Positions 1 to 9,376 are shown, numbered from the stretch's first letter. The stretch: DNA of 61,185 nucleotides from a virus (IMGVR_UViG_3300010373_000049:1-61185); one strand, 5' to 3'. The notes: generated from the letters alone by a model not told the origin. Translations and numbers: made by a program.

Positions 1-26
1 CTTGGGCCAGACAAGAGCGGTTTGTC

Positions 27-239
27 GTGACCGACGTGGAGCAGGTGACGTTGAAATCCGGGCCGTCAAGAATCCACCTTCTGCACCACGTGCTCGACCT
101 TGACCCTGCCGGTGTCGCAACGTTCTGCGGGAAACTCGGGTTGCCGGCCGAAAGGTTGGGTTGGGCCACGTGCCACGCGTGCCGCAAAGCCGTCGAAGAA
201 CGGTCCATTCCGAACCAACCCACTTTGGGGCACGTGTGA
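27..239 (+). CDS. small hypothetical protein, possible Zn-binding (CGK...CHAC)
   Basis: GTG start overlapping an upstream TGA; coupled to next gene; Cys motif typical of small phage proteins. Confidence 0.5.
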   Translation: MTDVEQVTLKSGPSRIHLLHHVLDLDPAGVATFCGKLGLPAERLGWATCHACRKAVEERSIPNQPTLGHV

Positions 240-829
240 ACCCTCAGCACGGGACTTGCGCGTGTTACGTCGCGGGGTGCCGGTGTGACCGTTGTTCGCG
301 TGCCGCGGTCACGTACGAGGCGAAACGGCAGGTGCAACGCAACAGGGTCGGCCCTTTGCTGATCGACGCCACTCCCACCCGCGCGTTACTGGATTTGGCT
401 GTGGCCGCCGGGGTCACCTTGCGGGACGTGGCCGACCGGGGCGGCCTGTCCAGCCGCCACCTTTGGAACACTCGGCGCGGTGGCCACCCGTTGGTGCAAC
501 GACGCTGGGCGGCACGTGTCGAAACCGCGGTCCGGGAGTTGTGCGACGAGCGCCTCGCGGCGTTGGGGGCGCTGGGGGACCGTCTGGACTTTCTTGCCGG
601 TGACGTGGCACGCGGCCCTCACTGTTGGCCGACGAAGGACCTGTTGGATCACGTGGCTAGGAGAGGGATCGTGTTGCACACGGTTTTGGACGCGTCGGAC
701 CGCCGGTACTTGTACCGGAACAAACTTTTGGACACCGCCCGGGCGGACCGGATCTGTTTGGCGTTGGACGTGATGCCATCGGAGGTTTGGGACACGTGGT
801 TCGCGCTCGAGGAAGCGGAAGCGTCGTGA
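236..829 (+). CDS. HTH DNA-binding protein with N-terminal HGT..Y..GCRC..C motif
   Basis: HGTCACYVAGCRCDRC motif common in actinophage regulators, two HTH-like segments; start placed at GTGA overlap (ORF track starts at 161). Confidence 0.6.
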   Translation: MNPQHGTCACYVAGCRCDRCSRAAVTYEAKRQVQRNRVGPLLIDATPTRALLDLAVAAGVTLRDVADRGGLSSRHLWNTRRGGHPLVQRRWAARVETAVRELCDERLAALGALGDRLDFLAGDVARGPHCWPTKDLLDHVARRGIVLHTVLDASDRRYLYRNKLLDTARADRICLALDVMPSEVWDTWFALEEAEAS

Positions 830-2235
830 CGCAGGCCCGGTATCTCGTAGGCGACGTGTTCCACGCGCTCGGCACGTTGCCCGACGACAGCGTGGACCTG
901 GTGATGACTTCTCCGCCGTTCCTCGCGCTGCGGTCGTATCTGCCTGCCGAACACCCGGACAAGGGCAAGGAGATCGGCTCGGAGGCGACCCCCGCTGATT
1001 TCTTGGACACGCTGTTGGACGTGGTGGAAGCCCTTGACCGGGTGCTCGCCCCGCACGGCTCGATCTGCTTCGAGCTGGGTGACACGTACGCCGGAAGCGG
1101 TGGCGCTGGCGGCGACTACAACGCCGAGGGACTGCGGGCCGGACAGCAGAAGTTCAGCGGGTCAGCGGCCAAGCGGCGGCGAGAGGGGGTAGGCGACGAC
1201 TACAGGCCACCACGCGCCGGCCGTGGGCTCGGCTCCGCCGGCGGCAGAACGAGCCGTCCTGACGACGTGGCAGCGGGGCTGACGCACCCTCGATCACGAC
1301 CAGGGCCCGAGAGCCGGGATCATGTCGTCGGCTGGCCGATGGACAAGTCCCTCTGCGGGATCCCGACGTTGTTCGCCTGGTCCCTGGCCTACGGCCGCAA
1401 CCTGCTCCGGCCCGAGCGCCAGACAACCCCATGGCGCGTCAGGAACGTCGTGGCGTGGTGCCGGCCGAACCCGCCCGTCGGGGCGCTCAGCGACAAGTTC
1501 AGGCCCGCCACGTCCTACCTGACGATCGCCACTAGGGCACGTGACCGGTACTTCGATCTCGACGCGGTGCGGACCGACCCTTCCGACGTGAAAGACCGGC
1601 GGCACCGGACCACGAACGGGCCGAAGCAGGACGCGGACCCTTCGGTGGTGCTGACCGCGAACTACCACCAGCGCATCCCGTCCAACCCGGCCGGTGCTCC
1701 ACCGCTTGACTACTGGGTGATCCCGACCCAACCGTACGCGGGGTCGCATTACGCCACCTACCCGGAGGCTCTGTGTGAACGGCCGATCAAGGCCATGTGC
1801 CCGCTCAGAGTGTGCATCAGCTGCGGGGAGCCGTCACGGCGCATCGTGGACGTGGAGCACGTCCCGAACCGATCCACGAACGGGCCCCAGTCGATCGAGA
1901 GGAAATGGCTGGACGGCGGCTCGGCCGGTTACGACCAGAGGGCCGACCGCGTGACTACGACCGTGGGCTGGACGTGCTGCGGCTGCTGCTCCACCATCGA
2001 CCAGACCACACACAACACGGGCGACTCCTACTGCGGCGAAAACGAAGACCACTGGCGCCCGGGCCTAGTCCTCGACCCGTTCGCCGGCTCAGGCACAACC
2101 CTCGCGGTGGCAACCGGCCACGGCCGGGAGGCGATCGGCATCGACCTGGACGAGCGGAACGCCGCGCTGGCCCTTGACCGCGTGGGCCCGCTGTTGCTCA
2201 CCGTGGAGCACGTGGGCCAGAGGCAAGCGTCGTGA
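826..2235 (+). CDS. site-specific DNA methyltransferase, beta-class N4-C/N6-A, with Gly/Arg-rich and Cys-rich insertions
   Basis: motif IV TSPPF near N-terminus, H.ATYPEAL, motif I VLDPFAGSGTT near C-terminus, GIDLD. Confidence 0.9.
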   Translation: MTQARYLVGDVFHALGTLPDDSVDLVMTSPPFLALRSYLPAEHPDKGKEIGSEATPADFLDTLLDVVEALDRVLAPHGSICFELGDTYAGSGGAGGDYNAEGLRAGQQKFSGSAAKRRREGVGDDYRPPRAGRGLGSAGGRTSRPDDVAAGLTHPRSRPGPESRDHVVGWPMDKSLCGIPTLFAWSLAYGRNLLRPERQTTPWRVRNVVAWCRPNPPVGALSDKFRPATSYLTIATRARDRYFDLDAVRTDPSDVKDRRHRTTNGPKQDADPSVVLTANYHQRIPSNPAGAPPLDYWVIPTQPYAGSHYATYPEALCERPIKAMCPLRVCISCGEPSRRIVDVEHVPNRSTNGPQSIERKWLDGGSAGYDQRADRVTTTVGWTCCGCCSTIDQTTHNTGDSYCGENEDHWRPGLVLDPFAGSGTTLAVATGHGREAIGIDLDERNAALALDRVGPLLLTVEHVGQRQAS

Positions 2236-2405
2236 CCACGTGGACCACGTGTGACCGCTGTAAACGTGAATCCAAACACGTGATCCTGGCCTATTGGGGC
2301 GAAACGATTTGCTCTTCTTGTGTGCGTCTTCTTGTTGAGAGTTTCGACGCCAAAGGTTGTTGGCCTGAGTGCTGCTGGGATCAACAGAAAGGGGCGGCGG
2401 CTTGA
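2232..2405 (+). CDS. small Cys-rich hypothetical protein (57 aa, below ORF-track cutoff)
   Basis: GTGA-coupled to MTase; MTTWTTCDRCKR...ICSSC. Confidence 0.45.
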   Translation: MTTWTTCDRCKRESKHVILAYWGETICSSCVRLLVESFDAKGCWPECCWDQQKGAAA

Positions 2406-2514
2406 CCAGCCCAAACAAGCGTTCGACGTGGACTAGAATGCGGGGTGACAGAGTTGCACCCCGCGACGCTTGGAACGCCCGGGGTGCCGACCGGAACACA
2501 ACGGAGGTGTCCCG

Positions 2515-3036
2515 ATGGCGATAGATCCTAGCGACAATCCCTACTTTCGGACGGGTCGTCCGACGCTTTACCGCGCCATACAGATGCGGTCGCGTCTCGA
2601 GGCGTCCTGGGCCGCGTACCTAGACGACCTCAGGCTGGCGTGGGCGTACGAGCCGGTCTGCTTCGCGAGTGCCACCGGTCAGTACCTCCCCGACTTCCGT
2701 CTGGTCTACGAGAACACGACCTACTACGTGGAGATCAAGGGCGTCTTCGGCGACACTGAGGCTTTGCGCCGCCGGATGGAGATCGTTTGGGCTTCGGAGC
2801 CCACGGCCTACCTCGTTGCTCTTGAGGGCCCACCCCGGACACCTGGCACACCAGAGGACCAAGGCGAGTGGGATCAGTGGTGGTGGCAGTGCAAGGGCTT
2901 CATGCGCGGCTGGCAGACCACATGGACAGACGGACACGGGATGCGCTCGTGGGAGCTGTATCCCGGTGGAGATCCCTACGAGACCCTTGACTACGAAGTT
3001 CTCCTTGAGGGGTCGGACTACCCGCCGTGTGGGTGA
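2515..3036 (+). CDS. PD-(D/E)XK nuclease-fold protein
   Basis: RSRLEASWA..W.YEP..YLPDF..EIKG motif; GGAGG RBS before ATG 2515. Confidence 0.75.
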   Translation: MAIDPSDNPYFRTGRPTLYRAIQMRSRLEASWAAYLDDLRLAWAYEPVCFASATGQYLPDFRLVYENTTYYVEIKGVFGDTEALRRRMEIVWASEPTAYLVALEGPPRTPGTPEDQGEWDQWWWQCKGFMRGWQTTWTDGHGMRSWELYPGGDPYETLDYEVLLEGSDYPPCG

Positions 3037-3413
3037 AACTCGATCCCAAGAGAGCGGTTAACCACAAGTTACGCACAGCCGGAATGGCCGCAACTGGCCT
3101 CGATTCCGTCGCAATGTGCTGGACAATGTTGCACGAGAACGACGGCTTCATCTCCGACGATGATCTGACAATGCTCGCAGGAATGTACCGGTGTTCGGAC
3201 TGGGAATCACTTGCGGACACCCTCGTCAACGTGGGCCGCTGGACACGAGACAAGCGGAGAAACGGCTTTAAGATCAAGGACTTTCTGGAATACAACTTCT
3301 CGAAAGCCGACCTGGATTCCCGACGGAAGCGCGATAGGGACCGCAAGCGGAAGGCGCTCGGATTCCAGTCGGATTCCGAGCGGATTCCAGACGGACGCGG
3401 CGGGGAGTCCTAA
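3027..3413 (+). CDS. putative replication initiator (N-terminal winged-helix type)
   Basis: WVKLD..KL..AG..A.GL..ENDGFI..LV..GRW..F.IKDFLEYN followed by basic R/K helix, as in actinophage replication proteins; iteron-like repeats at 3' end. Confidence 0.55.
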   Translation: MWVKLDPKRAVNHKLRTAGMAATGLDSVAMCWTMLHENDGFISDDDLTMLAGMYRCSDWESLADTLVNVGRWTRDKRRNGFKIKDFLEYNFSKADLDSRRKRDRDRKRKALGFQSDSERIPDGRGGES

Positions 3414-3512
3414 TGGATTCCGTGTGCCGTATCGTTCGTATCGGATCGGGTCGTACGTATCGTCTCGCTCGGTTTTCCCTACTTACATCTGTTGTTCTTC
3501 TAAAGCTTGTTT
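3314..3512. repeat. five GGATTCC direct repeats plus CGTAT/CGTAC repeats and an AT-rich tract; candidate replication origin
   Basis: GGATTCC at 3314, 3360, 3371, 3382, 3415; AT-rich tract ~3474-3512. Confidence 0.5.
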
Positions 3513-3541
3513 TCGCGAGCGATGGCGAAGAGGGGAAATAG

Positions 3542-3976
3542 TTGACGACGCGGAAGTGGCCGCAGGCCGTGTGGGACGCGATCAACCGTCTCGCAGAGTT
3601 GGACCTGTCCCGCTACAGCGGTAAGCCGATCTTCGACAGGGAGGCGTTTCTCGGTTCGGCACGTGCGTGGCGCGTTGAGCAACATAAGGCGCTGATAGCG
3701 GATCTGCTATCAGCCGACCCGAATGTCACCTGCGAGCAGGTCGTCAAAGCCTGCAACCCCCAACCCGCAGGCAAGCCGAACCACGTGGTCCGAACGGCTG
3801 AGGCAGCGTCGAAGCTGTACGAGATCAACGACGCCAAACGGGAACCGCTACCACCAGCGCCACCGGATTGTGCGACCTGCCAGAACACGGGCCACGTGGG
3901 CCAGGGTCGTTGTTCGTGTCAGCGGGGCCGGTTCGGTGCGCTCGTTGACCGACTGCGACACAAGGAGGCGTCGTGA
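3542..3976 (+). CDS. hypothetical protein with C-terminal CxxC..CxC Zn finger
   Basis: CATCQNTG..RCSC; GAGGGG RBS before TTG. Confidence 0.55.
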   Translation: MTTRKWPQAVWDAINRLAELDLSRYSGKPIFDREAFLGSARAWRVEQHKALIADLLSADPNVTCEQVVKACNPQPAGKPNHVVRTAEAASKLYEINDAKREPLPPAPPDCATCQNTGHVGQGRCSCQRGRFGALVDRLRHKEAS

Positions 3977-4014
3977 ATCTTGGAACCGAGAGAGGCTTAG
4001 GAGGCGACTGAGGG

Positions 4015-4314
4015 ATGGCTGAAAACGATGACGGGCCACGTGCCCGGTTCGCGGTTTCGCTGCACGGCCCGCACGTGACTATCGAGGACGCGGTCAAGGC
4101 TGGGGATGCCACCAAGGATCTGCTCGAATCTGTCTCGGAGCACATGGGCCACACGGTCACGTGGCGGGTGGCGTCGATCCAGTTCCAATGCGACGGGTGC
4201 CACGTGACCCGTCCTGATCGTCCGCGACCCGATGAGGGGTGGACACACCGTGAGGGGGACGACTTCTGCCCCACATGCTCCAGCGAACCACGTGGCCCAG
4301 AGGAGACACCGTGA
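4015..4314 (+). CDS. hypothetical protein with Zn ribbon
   Basis: FQCDGC...GW...DFCPTC; RBS GAGGG. Confidence 0.55.
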   Translation: MAENDDGPRARFAVSLHGPHVTIEDAVKAGDATKDLLESVSEHMGHTVTWRVASIQFQCDGCHVTRPDRPRPDEGWTHREGDDFCPTCSSEPRGPEETP

Positions 4315-4467
4315 GTCAGACGTGGGAGATATGCGGAGCGGTCCGCGACTGGAAGGACGATGACGTGGTCCGACGCGAGCTGCTACCCGGCCATGACGGT
4401 GCTCACGTGGCCGCGTGCATGGGACCGCCGCCGCAGTGCGGAGCGATCCTAAGCGAATGGGGACCAC

Positions 4468-4845
4468 GTGGGAACGAAAACGAACGAAAGGCTGCCGAGT
4501 GTGAACCGTCTTGAGGAGACCGACCTGGACACCATCCGAAGAGAAGCCGGCGCGGACCACGTCGGACACGACGCATGGAAGCAACTGGACGACCTTTACG
4601 AGCGGTTCACACGTGCCATCGACGTGCGCCCAGACCTCAAAGTTGAGGCTTTCGGTTGCGAGCGTTCCGTCCGGTTCACGTGGTCCGAATACGACCACAC
4701 CAAAGACAAACTGGACCCACGTCACAAACGTTCCCATTCGACCGAACGGAACGTGTCCACCATGAGAGAACTCGCCGAAGCGTTGCTGCTCGCGTGCGAT
4801 TTCGTGGAGCACGTGAACCCTGTTTGGGCGAGGAGGGCGGCATGA
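4468..4845 (+). CDS. hypothetical protein
   Basis: protein-like composition, ATGA-coupled to next gene; start uncertain. Confidence 0.45.
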   Translation: MGTKTNERLPSVNRLEETDLDTIRREAGADHVGHDAWKQLDDLYERFTRAIDVRPDLKVEAFGCERSVRFTWSEYDHTKDKLDPRHKRSHSTERNVSTMRELAEALLLACDFVEHVNPVWARRAA

Positions 4846-5603
4846 GCACCACGAAACCCGACCGAAGGCGACCTGAGCTGCCACGCACGGCCCCTTCGTA
4901 CCGTCGCTTGTCGGACGCCCAGTACGCGGCGTTGGACGAGTTGGAGAAGGTCCGCCACGACCTGCACGTGGACGTGGACGCGATCATGGACGCCATCCCT
5001 TACGCCGAACTCGACGCTCGGTCGGTCGGGTTCCGTCGTGGCCGCGGGTACGACGCCCAACCGGGGCGCGCCTCATCGGTTCGTTGCGACGTGTGCAACG
5101 GAACCGGAGGGACGGGACTGGACTGCGCCGAGTGCCGCGGAACGGGTGCCGTGCCGACCACAAGCGAATACTCCGACCCGACATCCGCCCTGGCGTTCGG
5201 GAAGGAGAACCGCACCGCGTCCGAATGGTTGACGCAGGCGACCGACGTGTCCAACGGCGTGACACGCACCGCGAACAGGGCCCGATACCACTTCGGTTTC
5301 GACCCCGAGCACGGCAAACCGGAACGGTCACGTCCGAACCAGAAACCGGACCGCCGGCCAGAGGTCGAGGTGTGCGGGTTCTGCGGCGAACCGGCACCAT
5401 CGGGGCGCGACGGGGAAGGCAAGTCTCTGCTGCGACGGGTGGACGAGATCCCGGTGCACGCGTCCCCGTGCTACTGGACGTTGGCGAAACAAGCGTTGCG
5501 TGCCGGGGTGACACCAGGCGCCCAGCTAAAGGGGGTCGTCGCTGCGCGTTCCACGGCGAAGGGTGTCCAACGTGTCCAACCAGAGAAACCGCAGGTCGCT
5601 TGA
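4842..5603 (+). CDS. Zn-finger protein (DnaJ-like CxxCxGxG x2), possible late-gene regulator
   Basis: CDVCNGTG..CAECRGTG and CGFC..HASPC; last gene of a coupled run. Confidence 0.55.
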   Translation: MSTTKPDRRRPELPRTAPSYRRLSDAQYAALDELEKVRHDLHVDVDAIMDAIPYAELDARSVGFRRGRGYDAQPGRASSVRCDVCNGTGGTGLDCAECRGTGAVPTTSEYSDPTSALAFGKENRTASEWLTQATDVSNGVTRTANRARYHFGFDPEHGKPERSRPNQKPDRRPEVEVCGFCGEPAPSGRDGEGKSLLRRVDEIPVHASPCYWTLAKQALRAGVTPGAQLKGVVAARSTAKGVQRVQPEKPQVA

Positions 5604-5900
5604 CAGAATCCTCACGATGTAGTTTACTCAGTGTCATCGTCCACCAATGTGCCTTCGGGCCGTGGTGGACGTGGCGCGTTCGGGGTCATGGTGGAGGGCG
5701 AACCACGTGGGCAAGATGCCAGGTTGGGCGCGCAGTTCAAGGCGCATCCTCGTAGCTGAATGCCCGGATTGCTCGGACGTGGTGCACCTAGAGCTTCGTG
5801 TCCACGTGACCCACAAAGAGGGCCAGTTGATCGCTGAGGTACGACCGGAACCTTTGGTCCACGAGTGCGACAAACCGAGCTTGCAGGTGGTCGCCTGACT

Positions 5901-6203
5901 ATGGCCCACGTGGGACAAGGTGTCACTGTCGAGATCGTCGACGTGACCCCAGAACTTGCAGCCACGTGGCTGGAAAACAACCATCAGCACCGGCCTATCG
6001 ACCCGAAACGGGTTCGTAAGTACGCGAGGCAGATGAAGGCTGGCGCGTGGGCCCTGAACGGCAAAACGATCACCTTTGATGCACAGGGGAAACTGTTGGG
6101 CGGTCAGCACAGGTTGTCGGCTTGCGTGAAGTCTGGGTGCACGTTCCCCACGTTGGTGGTACGAGGCTTGGACCCGGTAGCAGTGCTGGGACGGGCGGCT
6201 TAA
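5901..6203 (+). CDS. stand-alone ParB/Srx-like N-terminal domain (GGQHR variant of DGQHR)
   Basis: VTPELAATWLE.N..RP....V.KYARQMKAGAW..NG..I.FD..G.LLGGQHRL.A...VVRGL. Confidence 0.7.
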   Translation: MAHVGQGVTVEIVDVTPELAATWLENNHQHRPIDPKRVRKYARQMKAGAWALNGKTITFDAQGKLLGGQHRLSACVKSGCTFPTLVVRGLDPVAVLGRAA

Positions 6204-6571
6204 GCCTTCGGCCGCTGGTTCGGCGGCAGAGGGTTAGGGTTGTTCGGCTGGCAGTAATCGGCGGGGCACGTGCCCGGCTTCGGCGCAGGACGTGAACCGG
6301 AAGGGCTTGTGACCGGCACGTCACCAGGCTCGGGCAGGTTCTGGCCCCACGTGCCAACGTTGTTCGGCGGGGGATTCCCACATAGGACGCGGTCACCGTT
6401 GGGGAGTTTCAACCAGACGAACGTGTACGAGCCTGTGGGGCACGTGGTCACCACACCGGCCGGCAAAGGTTTGCGGGCCACGTGGGTCGCATGATCGTGT
6501 GTCCACGCGTACACGCCGATGTAACCCCAGAAGACGAGCAGGACCAGCCAGAACAGGCGAGCCGGTTTCAC
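6200..6571 (-). CDS. membrane-anchored or secreted Pro/Cys-rich protein
   Basis: N-terminal hydrophobic helix, four Cys; GTG start inside CACGTG. Confidence 0.55.
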   Translation of the reverse strand: MKPARLFWLVLLVFWGYIGVYAWTHDHATHVARKPLPAGVVTTCPTGSYTFVWLKLPNGDRVLCGNPPPNNVGTWGQNLPEPGDVPVTSPSGSRPAPKPGTCPADYCQPNNPNPLPPNQRPKA

Positions 6572-7035
6572 GTGGACCGGTACGGCAGATCCGCCGTCCC
6601 TGTCTGCTCGGCACCGTACCGAATCTGGGCCAAGTTGTCGCCGTATGACTGATTGACGGCTTGGCGGTCGGTGCCGCGAATCTCCAGCCTGCCGCCCTTA
6701 TCCTGGTAGATGGGGGCCCGGACGAATCGGACGCTCGGTCGCGCCGTCTGGTGTCCATAGAGCTGGTCATAATCCCAGTCGGTTTGAACGGACTCGTTCT
6801 CGTGGGTCGCGCTCCCGTCGTCCAATATTACGGCGCTCCGTTCGTACCACGTGATCAGTTCGGGCTGTTCGCCCTCGTCGTAGAAGTCGAACTGTTCAAC
6901 GCTTTCCGCCCGGTTCCAGATCCCCGAAGCGGACGCCGTTGCCAAGTGTCGCTCAGCATCCGCGTTAGCGGCGAAGATCGCCAGCACCTTGTAGTCGCTG
7001 TAGCTCCCGCGTGTCACAGCCCAAACGGTTCTCAT
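6568..7035 (-). CDS. hypothetical phage protein
   Basis: VWAVTRGSYSDYKVLAIF N-terminus typical of small phage early proteins; coupled both sides. Confidence 0.6.
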   Translation of the reverse strand: MRTVWAVTRGSYSDYKVLAIFAANADAERHLATASASGIWNRAESVEQFDFYDEGEQPELITWYERSAVILDDGSATHENESVQTDWDYDQLYGHQTARPSVRFVRAPIYQDKGGRLEIRGTDRQAVNQSYGDNLAQIRYGAEQTGTADLPYRST

Positions 7036-7211
7036 GATGTCAGATCCTCGGCATCGCCATAAACCGTGGTCGAGTCGTAAGCCTGCACGGTGTAGGCGTT
7101 GAGGGTGCCGAACTCCTTGAGGAGAGCGTCGGTCACCACGTCTTCCACGTCGCGATCGCCCGCTAGGAGCGTGTCGAACGTGGCTCGGATGGTCACACTT
7201 CGCGTAGTCAT
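7032..7211 (-). CDS. small hypothetical protein
   Basis: ATG 7211 with GAAAGGTG RBS and TATGTT -10-like element upstream. Confidence 0.5.
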   Translation of the reverse strand: MTTRSVTIRATFDTLLAGDRDVEDVVTDALLKEFGTLNAYTVQAYDSTTVYGDAEDLTS

Positions 7212-7329
7212 AGTTTTGTCACCTTTCCAGCAACATACAGGGATGCGATAAAACCGGCTGTGCCGATGATTTCGGCCGCGAACAGTCTCAACCGGAGCTT
7301 GAGGGAATCGGGTCCGAACACTCGGCGGA

Positions 7330-7626
7330 TCATCGCTGGACCTCGCTAACGATCTGGGCGAGTTGTTTCCGGTAGCACGTGAACAGGATGATCCCGCACG
7401 TGCCAAGGATCAGCTCGTCGGCGCCGAAATCCAAAGGGAAGCATTTGACGACCAGGCCGACCCGGATAGCCCACCGGAGCGGTTTCGGCAGCCGTTTGTC
7501 GTTCACTACGGCACGTGCGACGCGTATGGCGTAGCGCACGTGGGTCCGGTAGCGGATCATCAGCACCAACGCGACGACGGCTAGGCCGGCGAGGATCGGC
7601 CACCACGTGGACAGAAGGCTGGTCAC
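7330..7626 (-). CDS. small membrane protein, YkvA/DUF1232-like
   Basis: TM helix then DKRLPKPLRW..PLDFGADELIL resembling DUF1232. Confidence 0.45.
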   Translation of the reverse strand: MTSLLSTWWPILAGLAVVALVLMIRYRTHVRYAIRVARAVVNDKRLPKPLRWAIRVGLVVKCFPLDFGADELILGTCGIILFTCYRKQLAQIVSEVQR

Positions 7627-8003
7627 GACCGGCCCCCCGAATGGTTCAGGAGGGCCGGGTAGTCGTACTCGCCGCCAAGGATCGCGTTGAGCGCCACGAC
7701 TTGCCCGCGGTGGTCCTCGTACCAGTCGGTGTAGTGCTTGTGACCGTTGTACGGCTCGGACGTGGATCGGATCTGCTCCAGCTCGATGCACTGCTCGCCG
7801 CGCGGCCCGGCCAGGTAGCGCCTCCACTCTTCGAGCGATGCACGCAGGCGGGCTAGTTCAAGTTCTGCCGACATTCCATCCTCGATATGCGGGCCAGGGC
7901 AATCGGGAGCGGGATGGTCCCGTGTCGGTTGCGTGTAGATCACGTACCCGATACCGGCGGGTGACTCGGCGCCACACGTCTTGCAGATGTAGCGGGCGGT
8001 CAC
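7623..8003 (-). CDS. hypothetical protein
   Basis: GTGA-coupled at both ends; YICKTCG N-terminus. Confidence 0.5.
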   Translation of the reverse strand: MTARYICKTCGAESPAGIGYVIYTQPTRDHPAPDCPGPHIEDGMSAELELARLRASLEEWRRYLAGPRGEQCIELEQIRSTSEPYNGHKHYTDWYEDHRGQVVALNAILGGEYDYPALLNHSGGRS

Positions 8004-8737
8004 GATGCCACGCTCTCGGGCAGCTGGTCGCGCTTGCCCCACCAGGACCCCTGCGACCACCGGAACCCAGCATCTTTGAGGGCTTGCCGGGTGTCGTAGT
8101 CGGGCTTCTCGGAGAACGTCACCGAGCAGTACCCGCTGCGATGATCCTCGATGGCGATCCCGCCGGCAGCCTCGCAGCGTTCGGAACGTGCGGCCTGGCG
8201 GCGCACAACTTCGAGCCGGTCCCGGTTGCGCTTGATGTTGCCGGAAAGGTTCTGGAGGTGGTAGGCGGGCAGCGGGTGGTTCTTGCACTTGCACGTCTGG
8301 TGCTGCCAAGGGTTGCGGCAGTTGCAATCCTCGGGGCACGTGCACTTCTTCGAGCCGCGGTGCTCCTTGTTGTGAGCCTTGATCGCCTCACGTTCGGCCT
8401 CGAGCTTCGCTATCCGAGTTTCGAGGGCTTCGATCGCGTCGGGATCGTCGGAGTAGATCGAACTTGCTAGCTGGTCGCGGATTCCTTCGGCACGTGATCC
8501 CATGTCCTCGGCTTTGCGCTGGTCTTCTAGCGCCTTATCGAACGTGCTGGCAATGCGGGCCCGGTAGCGACGGTCGCGCCCCTCGGAGTAGTGACCCACG
8601 AGGATCGGCTGCCCGAACGGGATTACCGATGCCATCTCGTCACCGCGTGCCCAGCCTGCTTCGGCTTTCGCTTGGCGCTTCTCGGCCCATTCGGTGAGCT
8701 TCTCGGCTTTGGCTTCTCTGCGGTCCCGGTAGGTCAT
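8000..8737 (-). CDS. DUF3560-domain protein
   Basis: IPFGQPILVGHYSEGRDRR, SSDDPDAI..L..RIA, FSEKP...LK.AGFRW. Confidence 0.85.
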   Translation of the reverse strand: MTYRDRREAKAEKLTEWAEKRQAKAEAGWARGDEMASVIPFGQPILVGHYSEGRDRRYRARIASTFDKALEDQRKAEDMGSRAEGIRDQLASSIYSDDPDAIEALETRIAKLEAEREAIKAHNKEHRGSKKCTCPEDCNCRNPWQHQTCKCKNHPLPAYHLQNLSGNIKRNRDRLEVVRRQAARSERCEAAGGIAIEDHRSGYCSVTFSEKPDYDTRQALKDAGFRWSQGSWWGKRDQLPESVAS

Positions 8738-8916
8738 GGCAGGACCCACCCGGAGCCGTCGTAACGGACGTGGCACGTGGGACATTCCTGGTTACCGTTG
8801 AGCGCAGGGAGTCTGTCGCCGCACGTGCAATACATCCAGCACGGGGCCGTCATACCTACGGGGTAACCGTCCTCCCGGACGATCGCTATTTTCGTGATCC
8901 TGCCGGCCGTGGTCAT
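8734..8916 (-). CDS. small Zn-ribbon protein
   Basis: CTCG...ECPTC..Y; ATGA-coupled. Confidence 0.55.
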   Translation of the reverse strand: MTTAGRITKIAIVREDGYPVGMTAPCWMYCTCGDRLPALNGNQECPTCHVRYDGSGWVLP

Positions 8917-9251
8917 GATGCCACCCCAGCGACGTGGCCCAAAGATCCACCTTCAGATTCCCAGCGTGCGAGTTCTGTGAGTGTTTCGGCTGCTACCCGG
9001 TTGAACTGATCGGACGTGGAAACAACGTCGGCAAGGATCCGCTCGAAATCGGGTAGTACCTCGTCGTCGAACAGGTAGACGGTGGCACCAGCGTCGGACG
9101 TGGCCCACGTGCCCCAAATGAGCCGGTAGGGTCGCTTACCGGTCCAGTCGGGTGAGTCCAGAGGCGGTAGCTCTATCTCGCCTTCTTCGATCCCGTAGCC
9201 GATGTCTCGGCATCGGAAAAACGCTGTCCGGGTAGTCTCTGTCTTGGTCAT
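8913..9251 (-). CDS. hypothetical protein
   Basis: ATG 9251 with GAGGA RBS; ends L.RWESEGG. Confidence 0.55.
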   Translation of the reverse strand: MTKTETTRTAFFRCRDIGYGIEEGEIELPPLDSPDWTGKRPYRLIWGTWATSDAGATVYLFDDEVLPDFERILADVVSTSDQFNRVAAETLTELARWESEGGSLGHVAGVAS

Positions 9252-9376
9252 CGAATCCTCTTTTTCGGTGATCCTGGCCCGGGGGGACGGCAATCCCGCC
9301 CGGGCCGCTTCATTGGTTTCCCGATAAACGGGGAAGGTCCCACCGGCAACACTGGCGGCGGGACCTCCTCTGTCGA

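Noticed and set aside
2402-2439. Promoter TTGACC...TAGAAT upstream of the nuclease gene
   Set aside because: Spacer is 26 nt, too long; only the -10-like hexamer is plausible.
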